DNA from: Promethearchaeota archaeon
GTDB taxonomy: Archaea > Asgardarchaeota > Lokiarchaeia > Sigyniarchaeales > SOKP01
Length of the DNA: 24,000 nucleotides
Assembly (NCBI GenBank): GCA_048941015.1
Contig: JBHLNZ010000021.1
Location: 8,263 to 32,262, forward strand
Direction: 5' to 3'
The position numbers and the translations under genes were made by a program. Shown here piece after piece: positions 1 to 7,134 of the stretch (positions within the stretch are counted from its first letter, which is position 1; each line of letters starts with the position of its first letter). The notes beneath the pieces are model-generated. The model saw only the letters and a program-made list of their open reading frames with translations, was not told the origin of the DNA and made no database searches.

Positions 1-21
1 CCAAATATTTCGTTAATTGTT

Positions 22-561
22 ATGATCCTTGATACGTTTTACTTTTCCGAATTTTTAACAATAGAAAAAAGTTATGGATTAAATGCTACTGTCTTTGATT
101 TTTACTTTGAAGTTTTTATTGTTGCAAATAGTAGCGAAAATTCTGGTGAGATAGATCTTTCTTATAATGATCATTGGTATGCCGTCTTTATCAATATCGA
201 TGATAATATGAATACATCTCAAGTAGAATTTAGAGTAAATTTTGATGTGTATGAGGAAAAATATGTTTACGTGAATCCTATATCAATCATTTACTTGATT
301 TATGGAGTGGGTGTTTCATTAGTTATCATAGCTTTGGTTATTAGGGCTATTAGAAAGAGAAAAATATTAAACAAACCTATTCCAGTTGTTCCGTATCCTT
401 ACATGACTAAAGAGGAGACTATTCCAAAAAATTCTTATCTTAAACAAATAGAATTACAGAAAGTAGAGAGTGAACTGCCATTAGCTAAGTATTGTCCATA
501 TTGTGGAGAATATCTTGATCGAGACTCTATTTTCTGCCATCAATGTGGAAATAAAGTATAA
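22..561 (+). CDS. Membrane-anchored protein with one TM segment and a C-terminal zinc ribbon; possibly 5'-truncated by the window edge
   Basis: ORF 179 aa; hydrophobic segment IIYLIYGVGVSLVIIALVI; C-terminal CPYCGEYL..FCHQCGNKV zinc-ribbon pattern. No in-frame stop between position 1 and the ATG, so it may start upstream. Confidence 0.7.
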   Translation: MILDTFYFSEFLTIEKSYGLNATVFDFYFEVFIVANSSENSGEIDLSYNDHWYAVFINIDDNMNTSQVEFRVNFDVYEEKYVYVNPISIIYLIYGVGVSLVIIALVIRAIRKRKILNKPIPVVPYPYMTKEETIPKNSYLKQIELQKVESELPLAKYCPYCGEYLDRDSIFCHQCGNKV

Positions 562-620
562 TAATTATTATTAAAATTAAAAAGAAAAAGTTCAAAAAGA
601 AAGAAGAAAAGTGAGAGAAA

Positions 621-836
621 GTGGATTTAGACATTGATTATGAGAGAAATGGGGCGGAATTCGACGTAGATGCAGATATCGACGTTGATCTCGATGCAGG
701 GGTAGATGTAGATGATAAGTTTGATATGAGTCTAGAAGCTGAAATTGAAATAGATGTCGATACAGATATAAATATCGATTCTAAAGTCGGGAAGGATTCG
801 CAAGAAATTGTTATTGCCACTACCCCTGCAACTTAA
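621..836 (+). CDS. Small highly acidic protein with alternating Asp/hydrophobic residues, uncharacterised
   Basis: 71 aa ORF from a GTG start, purine-rich leader; DVDADIDVDLDAGVDVDD and EIEIDVDTDINID. Low complexity, so coding status is uncertain. Confidence 0.4.
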   Translation: MDLDIDYERNGAEFDVDADIDVDLDAGVDVDDKFDMSLEAEIEIDVDTDINIDSKVGKDSQEIVIATTPAT

Positions 837-886
837 TCTAAATTTAGAAAATATCAAAATATAATTATAAAAAATGAGGAAAATGT

Positions 887-1762
887 ATGGATATATATGA
901 TATATTTTTTAGTATATGTTTAGGATTATTTATAGGCGGAATTATTATGTCGATTATTTCGCTTATTCTTAGTGAAATGTCAACTCATGATCTTCAAGAT
1001 GCAGATCATATTGATCATTTTGACCATATCGATCACGTTGATCATATAGACCAGTTCGACCATATTGACCATGTGGATCATATAGACCAGTTCGACCATA
1101 TAGACCATGTAGATCATATTGACCATGTGGATCATATAGACCAGTTCGACCATATAGACCATGTAGATCACATTGACCATATGGATCACATAGACCAGTT
1201 TGATCATGTAGATCATGTAGACCACATTAACCATGTGGATCATTTTGATCATACTGATAATATCGATAATTTGGATAATTCTGACTATTCGGATCATTTA
1301 GATCATTATAGTGATACTACTCCTGCACCTTTTATGTTATTATTATCGTCATTTTTACTAATTTTTGGGATAACTGGCATTATTTTGTATTATTCAGTTT
1401 TTGGTGTAGCTAAATTTATTATTATTTTTGCAACTCCAATAATATCTTACGGTAGTACTAAATTAATATCTTATGTATGGAGAAAAATAGCAAAATCCAA
1501 ATATTACAATATCTCTGCAACATTGAATTTAATTGGGCGTGATGCGGAGGTTGTTTTAAAGGTAGATGAGATAGGAGGAGTAATAAAGATTCGCTCTGAA
1601 ACTCCAATGAAGTTCGAAAAATTGCATGCAAAACCCCTTAAAGAATCAAGTTCTTTTGAGAAGGGAACTAAAGTTTATATTTGTGATATTAAAGATGGTT
1701 ATTTATTAGTTGATAGTGATCAAAAACTAATTAAACATAGGACGATATATCGCAACAGATAA
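887..1762 (+). CDS. NfeD-like membrane protein with Asp-His-X repeat loop
   Basis: 291 aa; TM1 FFSICLGLFIGGIIMSIISLIL, long DHx loop, TM2/TM3, then C-terminal beta-rich domain LIGRDAEVVLKVDEIGGVIKI...GTKVYICDIKDGYLLVD resembling the NfeD OB fold; immediately upstream of an SPFH/flotillin gene, the usual NfeD partner. Confidence 0.65.
   Translation: MDIYDIFFSICLGLFIGGIIMSIISLILSEMSTHDLQDADHIDHFDHIDHVDHIDQFDHIDHVDHIDQFDHIDHVDHIDHVDHIDQFDHIDHVDHIDHMDHIDQFDHVDHVDHINHVDHFDHTDNIDNLDNSDYSDHLDHYSDTTPAPFMLLLSSFLLIFGITGIILYYSVFGVAKFIIIFATPIISYGSTKLISYVWRKIAKSKYYNISATLNLIGRDAEVVLKVDEIGGVIKIRSETPMKFEKLHAKPLKESSSFEKGTKVYICDIKDGYLLVDSDQKLIKHRTIYRNR
1004..1255 (+). repeat. In-frame 9-nt tandem repeat encoding 28 Asp-His-X triplets (four are DQF, one is NHV)
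   Basis: gatcatattgatcatgta... read directly; residues 40-123 are DHI DHF DHI DHV DHI DQF ..., with higher-order units of 12 and 18 aa. Confidence 0.9.
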
Positions 1763-1868
1763 AAATCAAATTATTTTAAACAATCAGTTAAAAATGAAAG
1801 TTCAAAATCTAAAATAAAATGAATAGAGAATAAAAAAAAAATTAAAAAAAGGAGGTATTGAAAAGCAG

Positions 1869-3044
1869 ATGTTATTTCAACAGGTATATGGCTGGTTGGT
1901 AGGCGGAATTATAGCTGGAGTAATCGTATTTTTCTTATTTGTAATTTTTTTAGCTACAAGATATCGAAAATTTAAAACGAATCAATTTGTTATCCATTTA
2001 CGTAATGGTAAGGTAAAAAGTGCTGGACTTGGTGGCAGTATTTGGTTATTGCCATTAATAGATGAATATATTGTAATTCCTACTACAAGTATTCAAACAA
2101 TTTTAGAAGCCCACGAGCAAGTAGTTTCGATGGAATACCAAAATATTTCAATCGTCGGTATGTTGATTTGGAAAGTAATAGATCCTGAGAAAGCTTTTAG
2201 TGCAGTTTCCTGGGTAAATCGAGATGAACATTTCGTTGAAAAAATACTAAAGAATGCAGCAGAAGCAATTATAAGAACAACATGTGCAAATATGCCACTT
2301 GAAAAGATTATTAGAGAACGTCGAGAGATAATTGAACATGTAAGTAAAGAATTGCATGAACTTACTGCTGATTGGGGCTTAATAATTGAATCCATAGAAA
2401 TCCGAGAAGTAAATATATTAGAACCCGATCTGAAAAGGAATATGGAAGCTACTAAACAGGCAATAGAATTTCGAAAGGCCCGTATAGCTAAAGCTGAAGC
2501 AGAAAGGGAATCAAGAATGAGAGAATTAGAAGTTCAAAATGAAGTTGGGACACAGGAACAACTAGTACAAAGAGATATTGAAATACGCAGAAAAGAAAAA
2601 GAAATTGCGATAGCAGATCAAGAGCGAGAACGTAAAAAAATTGAGGCAGACGGAGACCGTCAGAAAAAAGTCATTGAAGCAGAAGCCGATGCAGCTTCTA
2701 TTAAGAAGAAATTAATAGCACAAGCTGAAGGTGAAGCTGAGACTATAAAACAGCAGATGTTAGCGCAAGCTGAGGGTTTTCAAAAACAAGTAGAAGCGAT
2801 GTCATCAGCGGATCAGAGATTTTTAGCTGTTCAGTTGACTAATATCTTACCCGAAATATTTAAAAATATTAATCCAGAGAAGATGTTTATTATGGGAACC
2901 GGCGATGAAGCTTTTAGTGCTTTATCAAGAGCAATACTCCCATTCTTACAGCTTGTGCCAGAGTATTCCGATAAAATAAAAAGATTTCTAGGAACTAGCG
3001 ATTTAACTAATATCAAAGAATTAGTAAGTAATATTTCAAAATAA
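1869..3044 (+). CDS. Flotillin/SPFH (band 7) domain protein
   Basis: 391 aa; N-terminal TM, SPFH domain (VPTTSIQTILEAHEQVVSMEYQNISIVGMLIWKVIDPEKAF), then flotillin-like Glu/Ala-rich coiled coil (IEADGDRQKKVIEAEADAASIKKKLIAQAEGEAETIKQQMLAQAEG). ggaggt RBS at 1851-1856. Confidence 0.9.
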   Translation: MLFQQVYGWLVGGIIAGVIVFFLFVIFLATRYRKFKTNQFVIHLRNGKVKSAGLGGSIWLLPLIDEYIVIPTTSIQTILEAHEQVVSMEYQNISIVGMLIWKVIDPEKAFSAVSWVNRDEHFVEKILKNAAEAIIRTTCANMPLEKIIRERREIIEHVSKELHELTADWGLIIESIEIREVNILEPDLKRNMEATKQAIEFRKARIAKAEAERESRMRELEVQNEVGTQEQLVQRDIEIRRKEKEIAIADQERERKKIEADGDRQKKVIEAEADAASIKKKLIAQAEGEAETIKQQMLAQAEGFQKQVEAMSSADQRFLAVQLTNILPEIFKNINPEKMFIMGTGDEAFSALSRAILPFLQLVPEYSDKIKRFLGTSDLTNIKELVSNISK

Positions 3045-3050
3045 TCAATA

Positions 3051-3060
3051 TTTTTTTTTT
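3051..3060 (+). terminator. Oligo-T tract, candidate archaeal transcription terminator after the flotillin gene
   Basis: Run of 10 T directly after the stop codon region. Confidence 0.4.
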
Positions 3061-3114
3061 AAATTTATTTATTAAAAAGTTCTTTTTTATTAACAAGAAC
3101 AAAGAAAAAGGTGA

Positions 3115-4056
3115 ATGAACTTGGTTGAAAAATTTGAAGAGTTATTAATTAAAGGGAATATGGAATTTCAATGGAAGATAAAGCAAGAAACAGAAGATAT
3201 GAAATTAATTTCAAAAAAAATTCCAAAATATCCGGTGTTAATACTAACTTGTATGGACCCTCGAATTGATGTTCATCGCATCTTTCAGTTAAAGCCAGGT
3301 GATGTTTTTGTGTTGAGAAATGCAGGAAATGGCTTCACAGACGACGTGTTAAGATCTATTTTAATTGCAATTCATGAATATAATGTTAGGAATATCATTA
3401 TTTTAGGACATATTGATTGTGGAATGACTAAAATAAATCTAATTCAATTAGGCCAGAAATTATCAAAACCAGCCTTAGCAAGAATTCTTCGTGATGGTAC
3501 AAATATTCAAATTGAGTTGCAGAAGTATTTTAAAACTTTTATCGATGAGATACAGAATATAAAAATTCAGGTTGAAAGAATAAGAAAAGCGCCTGAAATT
3601 CCTTCAGGTATATTGGTAACTGGAATGCTATATGATGTGAATTCACATTGGGTATTTGAATATGAGAAATTTAGTAAATATACTTTGATTGAGAATTTTA
3701 TGCGAAACTATAAAGAATTTGTAGAAGCAAAGAAGTATGATTTTATTGATTATATTGAGTCGATTGAAGGGGAAATTGTTGGAAAGAAAGAACTTCAGAA
3801 TTATAAAGATAGAATGCCTGAAAGTATAGAAATTGAAAAGGACCAAATTAAGAATGAATTAATTAATAAAGCATCAGAGACAATTGAAATATCAGAAATA
3901 TTGCCTGAGGAACAAAAATCCTTTAAAGAATTTGATGAATTAGTTGAAATAGTTCAAAAGCAACTTACTTCTATTCCAAAAATCCAAATTCCAAAAATAA
4001 TTATCCCTAAAGTTAAAGTCTATATACCAGAAATTTATAAGAAAAAAGAAGATTAA
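3115..4056 (+). CDS. Beta-class carbonic anhydrase-like protein with extended insert and C-terminus
   Basis: 313 aa; zinc-ligand motifs LTCMDPRID and GHIDCG; LRNAGNGFTDDVLRSILIAIHEYNVRNIIILGH. Confidence 0.85.
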   Translation: MNLVEKFEELLIKGNMEFQWKIKQETEDMKLISKKIPKYPVLILTCMDPRIDVHRIFQLKPGDVFVLRNAGNGFTDDVLRSILIAIHEYNVRNIIILGHIDCGMTKINLIQLGQKLSKPALARILRDGTNIQIELQKYFKTFIDEIQNIKIQVERIRKAPEIPSGILVTGMLYDVNSHWVFEYEKFSKYTLIENFMRNYKEFVEAKKYDFIDYIESIEGEIVGKKELQNYKDRMPESIEIEKDQIKNELINKASETIEISEILPEEQKSFKEFDELVEIVQKQLTSIPKIQIPKIIIPKVKVYIPEIYKKKED

Positions 4057-4215
4057 AGAATTAAACCGATATGGTTAAGGTTATCAAGTTATAATACTTT
4101 TTCTATAGAAGTAATTTCAGTAGAAAGCAACAAGATTTCTCGAATTTTAGAATTCTTTAATTAAATATTATAATTATTATTTTATATTTCTAAATTAAAA
4201 ATTAAATGAAATGCA

Positions 4216-4884
4216 TTGATTCAATATATATTTTTAACGCTGTTTTTCTTATTTGGAATTATAGAAATCTATGGTGAAGTTAAAAACATCTTTAAAATTA
4301 CAATCTCACTTAGATGTGTAATGATGCCTTTACTTATTCTCTTTTATTTTTTTGCAGTACCATTTAATATCGACTGGTTCATTGTTATCGCTTTACTTTT
4401 TGGTCTTGGAGGGGATATTTTTTTAGGACTTAGAAATAAGGAAAAGTGGTTTATATTTGGGATGGTATCGTTTCTTTTTAATCAGGTATTTTATATTATC
4501 TCCTTTTTCTTATCTATAACCGATATTACAGATTTTCCACTAGAAGGCTTGTTTCTAATTATACCTGTAATGCTGATATTGTTCATCAATTTACCTAAGT
4601 TTATAAATAAGACAGCAGAAATGAAAATTCCTGTATTGGTATATATGGCGACAATTTTATTGATGCACATAGCAGCTTTATTAAGATTAGCAGATTATTC
4701 AGGGCTATCTTTTATTTTAATATATTTAGGGTCATTATTTTTTATTTTATCTGATTCTTTTGTCGCAATGGAAACATTCGGTGAGAAGTTTCCAAGAATT
4801 GAGGTTGTAAGTATGTCAACATACTTCTTAGCACAATTTTATATAACACTGGGTGCAGTGATGACAAGTTTGTTGATACTTTAA
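4216..4884 (+). CDS. YhhN/TMEM86-like (lysoplasmalogenase family) multi-pass membrane protein
   Basis: 222 aa, many TM segments; GLGGDIFLGL...FLFNQVFYI...LSDSFVA pattern of the YhhN family. Start codon is TTG in the given track and is uncertain. Confidence 0.6.
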   Translation: MIQYIFLTLFFLFGIIEIYGEVKNIFKITISLRCVMMPLLILFYFFAVPFNIDWFIVIALLFGLGGDIFLGLRNKEKWFIFGMVSFLFNQVFYIISFFLSITDITDFPLEGLFLIIPVMLILFINLPKFINKTAEMKIPVLVYMATILLMHIAALLRLADYSGLSFILIYLGSLFFILSDSFVAMETFGEKFPRIEVVSMSTYFLAQFYITLGAVMTSLLIL

Positions 4885-4899
4885 TTTAAATAAAACACA

Positions 4900-4908
4900 T
4901 TTTTTTTT
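4900..4908 (+). terminator. Oligo-T tract after the YhhN-like gene
   Basis: cacattttttttt about 16 nt after the stop. Confidence 0.35.
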
Positions 4909-4991
4909 AATTTTAAAATAAAATTTTTCAATAACTAAAAATTTCAAAAGTTATAAGTGATTTTTATTAATAATTAAATTAATTAAAACCC

Positions 4992-5064
4992 GCCTCTGTT
5001 GCTTAGCAGGTAGAGCGTTGCCTTGGTAAGGCAAAGGTCGGGGGTTCAAATCCCCCCAGGGGCT
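4992..5064 (+). tRNA. tRNA-Thr (anticodon GGT)
   Basis: Hand-folded cloverleaf: acceptor GCCTCTG/CAGGGGC, D stem GCTT/GAGC, anticodon stem TTGCC/GGCAA with loop TTGGTAA, T arm GGGGG-TTCAAAT-CCCCC, discriminator T73, no encoded CCA. Confidence 0.95.
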
Positions 5065-5111
5065 AAAAATTAAGTATGTGTAAAATGGAGCCGGTGTGGC
5101 TTAGTTGGTTA

Positions 5112-5138
5112 TAAAGTCTATTTGAAATTAGACTTAAT
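5112..5138 (+). other. Non-canonical tRNA intron at the D-loop/D-stem junction (about 26-27 nt; boundaries uncertain)
   Basis: Extra sequence between GGTTA and AGGC of the D arm; contains 7-bp hairpin AAGTCTA(5114-5120)/TAGACTT(5129-5135). Confidence 0.75.
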
Positions 5139-5155
5139 AGGCACCAGACTCATAA

Positions 5156-5187
5156 TCCATCTGAAAAATTGGGTCAGAAAGATGAAC
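5156..5187 (+). other. tRNA intron near canonical position 37/38 (32 nt; boundaries uncertain by about 1 nt)
   Basis: Separates CCAGA-CTCATAA from TCTGG; internal hairpin TCTGA/TCAGA (5160-5164/5174-5178); anticodon-loop TCAT can pair with intronic ATGA (5182-5185). Confidence 0.8.
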
Positions 5188-5235
5188 TCTGGAGGTCGTG
5201 GGCTCATATCCCACCACCGGCATTATTCCTTTAAA

Positions 5236-5243
5236 TTTTTTTT
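5236..5243 (+). terminator. Oligo-T tract downstream of the tRNA pair
   Basis: T8 run 14 nt after the tRNA 3' end. Confidence 0.4.
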
Positions 5244-5332
5244 AATATTATTGTAAACTTTTAAATAGGATGCTCACACTAATTGATTTACTTCAAATCC
5301 AATTTTTAAAAAAAAAATAGAGGTAATTGATT

Positions 5333-5656
5333 ATGGTAATATTAATTTCAACTACTAAATTTCCTCTTTCTAAAGCAAAAGCGGTAGCAGAAAGATATAT
5401 TGAGGTTTCAAAAAAGTATCCTCCTGATAAGTCCTTAGAGAAGCATATTCTCCGTATGGCTGCAAGGATTAGAGGAGATGAAGTTGAGTCTATCACTGTT
5501 TCAGAAGTGAAGGAGGGTAAATTAGCAGAAGTATTAAAAAGAGGAATAGAACAACAACTATTATACTCTGATATTGAGGGAATGAAATTTAAAGTAGACA
5601 CTTACTTCTCAGGGACAGAAGCTTTAGCAATGGTGGGCCTTAAAATGCCTGAATAA
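5333..5656 (+). CDS. Conserved-looking small protein of unknown function
   Basis: Track gives TTG at 5327; I prefer ATG at 5333 with agaggt upstream (107 aa). Well-folded mixed composition; no family recognised. Confidence 0.65.
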   Translation: MVILISTTKFPLSKAKAVAERYIEVSKKYPPDKSLEKHILRMAARIRGDEVESITVSEVKEGKLAEVLKRGIEQQLLYSDIEGMKFKVDTYFSGTEALAMVGLKMPE

Positions 5657-5676
5657 TATTTTAATTTTAATAACTA

Positions 5677-5684
5677 TTTTTTTT
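5677..5684 (+). terminator. Oligo-T tract after the small ORF
   Basis: T8 run 21 nt after the stop codon. Confidence 0.35.
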
Positions 5685-5733
5685 CCTATAAATCTAATTT
5701 AAGAGAATTAAATTTCTGTTAAGAGCATTTTTA

Positions 5734-6732
5734 TCAAAAATTGAAGTTACCATTTCTAATCAAGGTTTTTTGTGAACCATCTTTATAAGTAACTTTCATT
5801 GTTGGTTTATAAAATAAGAAATCCCTATGAGTACGAGATTTATTTTGTCCCCCGTCCATTTCTTCATTATTACCGAAGGCGATATGAGCCGTTTGAAGAG
5901 CTTTTTCATCCTCAAGCAAAATCCCACGTATTTTAGCACCCGGGTTAAGTCCAATCCCTAGTTCTCCAATTATTTTTGCTTCTTCATCCAAATTAATTAG
6001 TTTTTCAACAATTCTAACCAATTCTTTATTATCACTTTCAAGATCTATAATTTTTCCATTTTTTACTTGAATTTTTAGAGGTTTCTTAATTTTACCTAAA
6101 TCACCTATAGAACCATCACAAACAATAATACCATCACCTTTTGATTCAATAGGTCCACACCATATTTCTCCACAAGGTAAATTAGCAAAGTATGGTAATT
6201 TAGTAATTTTAGTATCGGTAGAAAAAGCTCGATCTTCTATACATAAAACGATGTCAGTTCCTCCTGGTGCTAAAATGTGTACATTTTTAGCATTTTCAAA
6301 ATTTTTAATTAACCTATGTCCTGTGTCTACCATCATTTCATAATCAACATCCATAGGGCCATCTATCATCATTGATTTAGTAATCCCTGCTCCATGTCCT
6401 AATCGAATTTTATTAGTAGCAAGAACTTTTTTTCCCCATTTGAGTCGAAATGGAGTTTCATCACTTAATCCTTTAAAAACATTAATAACAATTGTTTTTC
6501 CTAATAGTAACTCATCCATTTCTTTAGGTATTTCTGATAAAGGTCGCTTATTTTCGGGTAAGAGATATAACTGTGCTGGACAGCCAAATTCAGTTGCTGC
6601 ACTATAAAAAGCATCTCCAACATTTTTAGTTGATTGATCAGACACAACTAAAACCGCATCTTGTTCATTCAAGTTCAATACATGAATCATAGCATTCAGA
6701 GCGGAAGTTATCATTTTTAGGATTTCACTCAT
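5734..6732 (-). CDS. M29-family (thermophilic) leucyl aminopeptidase-like protein
   Basis: 332 aa; LPCGEIWCGPIESKGDGIIVCDGSI, LGELGIGLNPGAKI-like segment, HIAFGNN..., SRTHRDFLFYKPT match M29-type metal-site motifs. Confidence 0.7.
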   Translation of the reverse strand: MSEILKMITSALNAMIHVLNLNEQDAVLVVSDQSTKNVGDAFYSAATEFGCPAQLYLLPENKRPLSEIPKEMDELLLGKTIVINVFKGLSDETPFRLKWGKKVLATNKIRLGHGAGITKSMMIDGPMDVDYEMMVDTGHRLIKNFENAKNVHILAPGGTDIVLCIEDRAFSTDTKITKLPYFANLPCGEIWCGPIESKGDGIIVCDGSIGDLGKIKKPLKIQVKNGKIIDLESDNKELVRIVEKLINLDEEAKIIGELGIGLNPGAKIRGILLEDEKALQTAHIAFGNNEEMDGGQNKSRTHRDFLFYKPTMKVTYKDGSQKTLIRNGNFNF

Positions 6733-6837
6733 TATAATGTTATCACTTTAACAATAATAGATTAAATGAAAATATATTTCACTATTGGATGAAATTAGAG
6801 ATTATACTTAATTCTTTCTAGAACCACGGAATAATCT

Positions 6838-7134
6838 TTATATACTCATATCTTCTTTTTTACGTTTCCAATGAACTCGATTCATAATTGGTATATTAAG
6901 TTTGATAGCTCCCTGCTTTGGACATTCAGCAACACAGCAACCACAATACCAACATTCTCCAGGATAAAGTACGATAGGAGGTTCGCTTTTTTCGGGATTT
7001 GGAATAAAAACATCTACTTGGCATATATCTATGCACTTATTACATCCAATACATATATCCGGATTGAATGCTATTGGATTCGTAATTCTTGATTCCAGAA
7101 TAGCATATATCTTTTTATTATGCATCAGTATCAC
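6838..7134 (-). CDS. 4Fe-4S ferredoxin-domain protein, AprB-like
   Basis: 98 aa; CIGCNKCIDICQVDV and CWYCGCCVAECPKQGAI. The 4-nt ATGA overlap with the upstream flavoprotein suggests translational coupling. Confidence 0.85.
   Translation of the reverse strand: MILMHNKKIYAILESRITNPIAFNPDICIGCNKCIDICQVDVFIPNPEKSEPPIVLYPGECWYCGCCVAECPKQGAIKLNIPIMNRVHWKRKKEDMSI

Larger units (their letters stand above)
5090..5222 (+). tRNA. tRNA with anticodon CAT, probably elongator Met, containing two apparent introns
   Basis: Acceptor GCCGGTG/CACCGGC, A73; D stem GCTT(5099-5102)/AGGC(5139-5142); anticodon stem CCAGA(5144-5148)/TCTGG(5188-5192), loop CTCATAA; variable AGGTC; T stem GTGGG/CCCAC. Removing about 27 nt in the D loop and 32 nt after the anticodon leaves a 74-nt cloverleaf. 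Confidence 0.85.

Noticed and set aside
638-820. 60-aa minus-strand ORF
   Set aside because: Antisense shadow of the acidic ORF; Ser/Thr-rich low complexity with no independent support.
1004-1255. Possible CRISPR-like or intergenic satellite array
   Set aside because: The 9-nt period lies entirely inside an ORF, has no spacers and keeps the reading frame; it is a coding tandem repeat.
980-1297. 105-aa minus-strand ORF antisense to the DHx repeat
   Set aside because: It mirrors the in-frame 9-nt repeat of the plus-strand gene (MVNVVYMI... periodicity); the plus frame has TMs and a recognisable domain.
2093-3016. Minus-strand ORFs 2093-2395 and 2831-3016
   Set aside because: Fully inside the well-supported flotillin gene on the opposite strand; no recognisable motifs.
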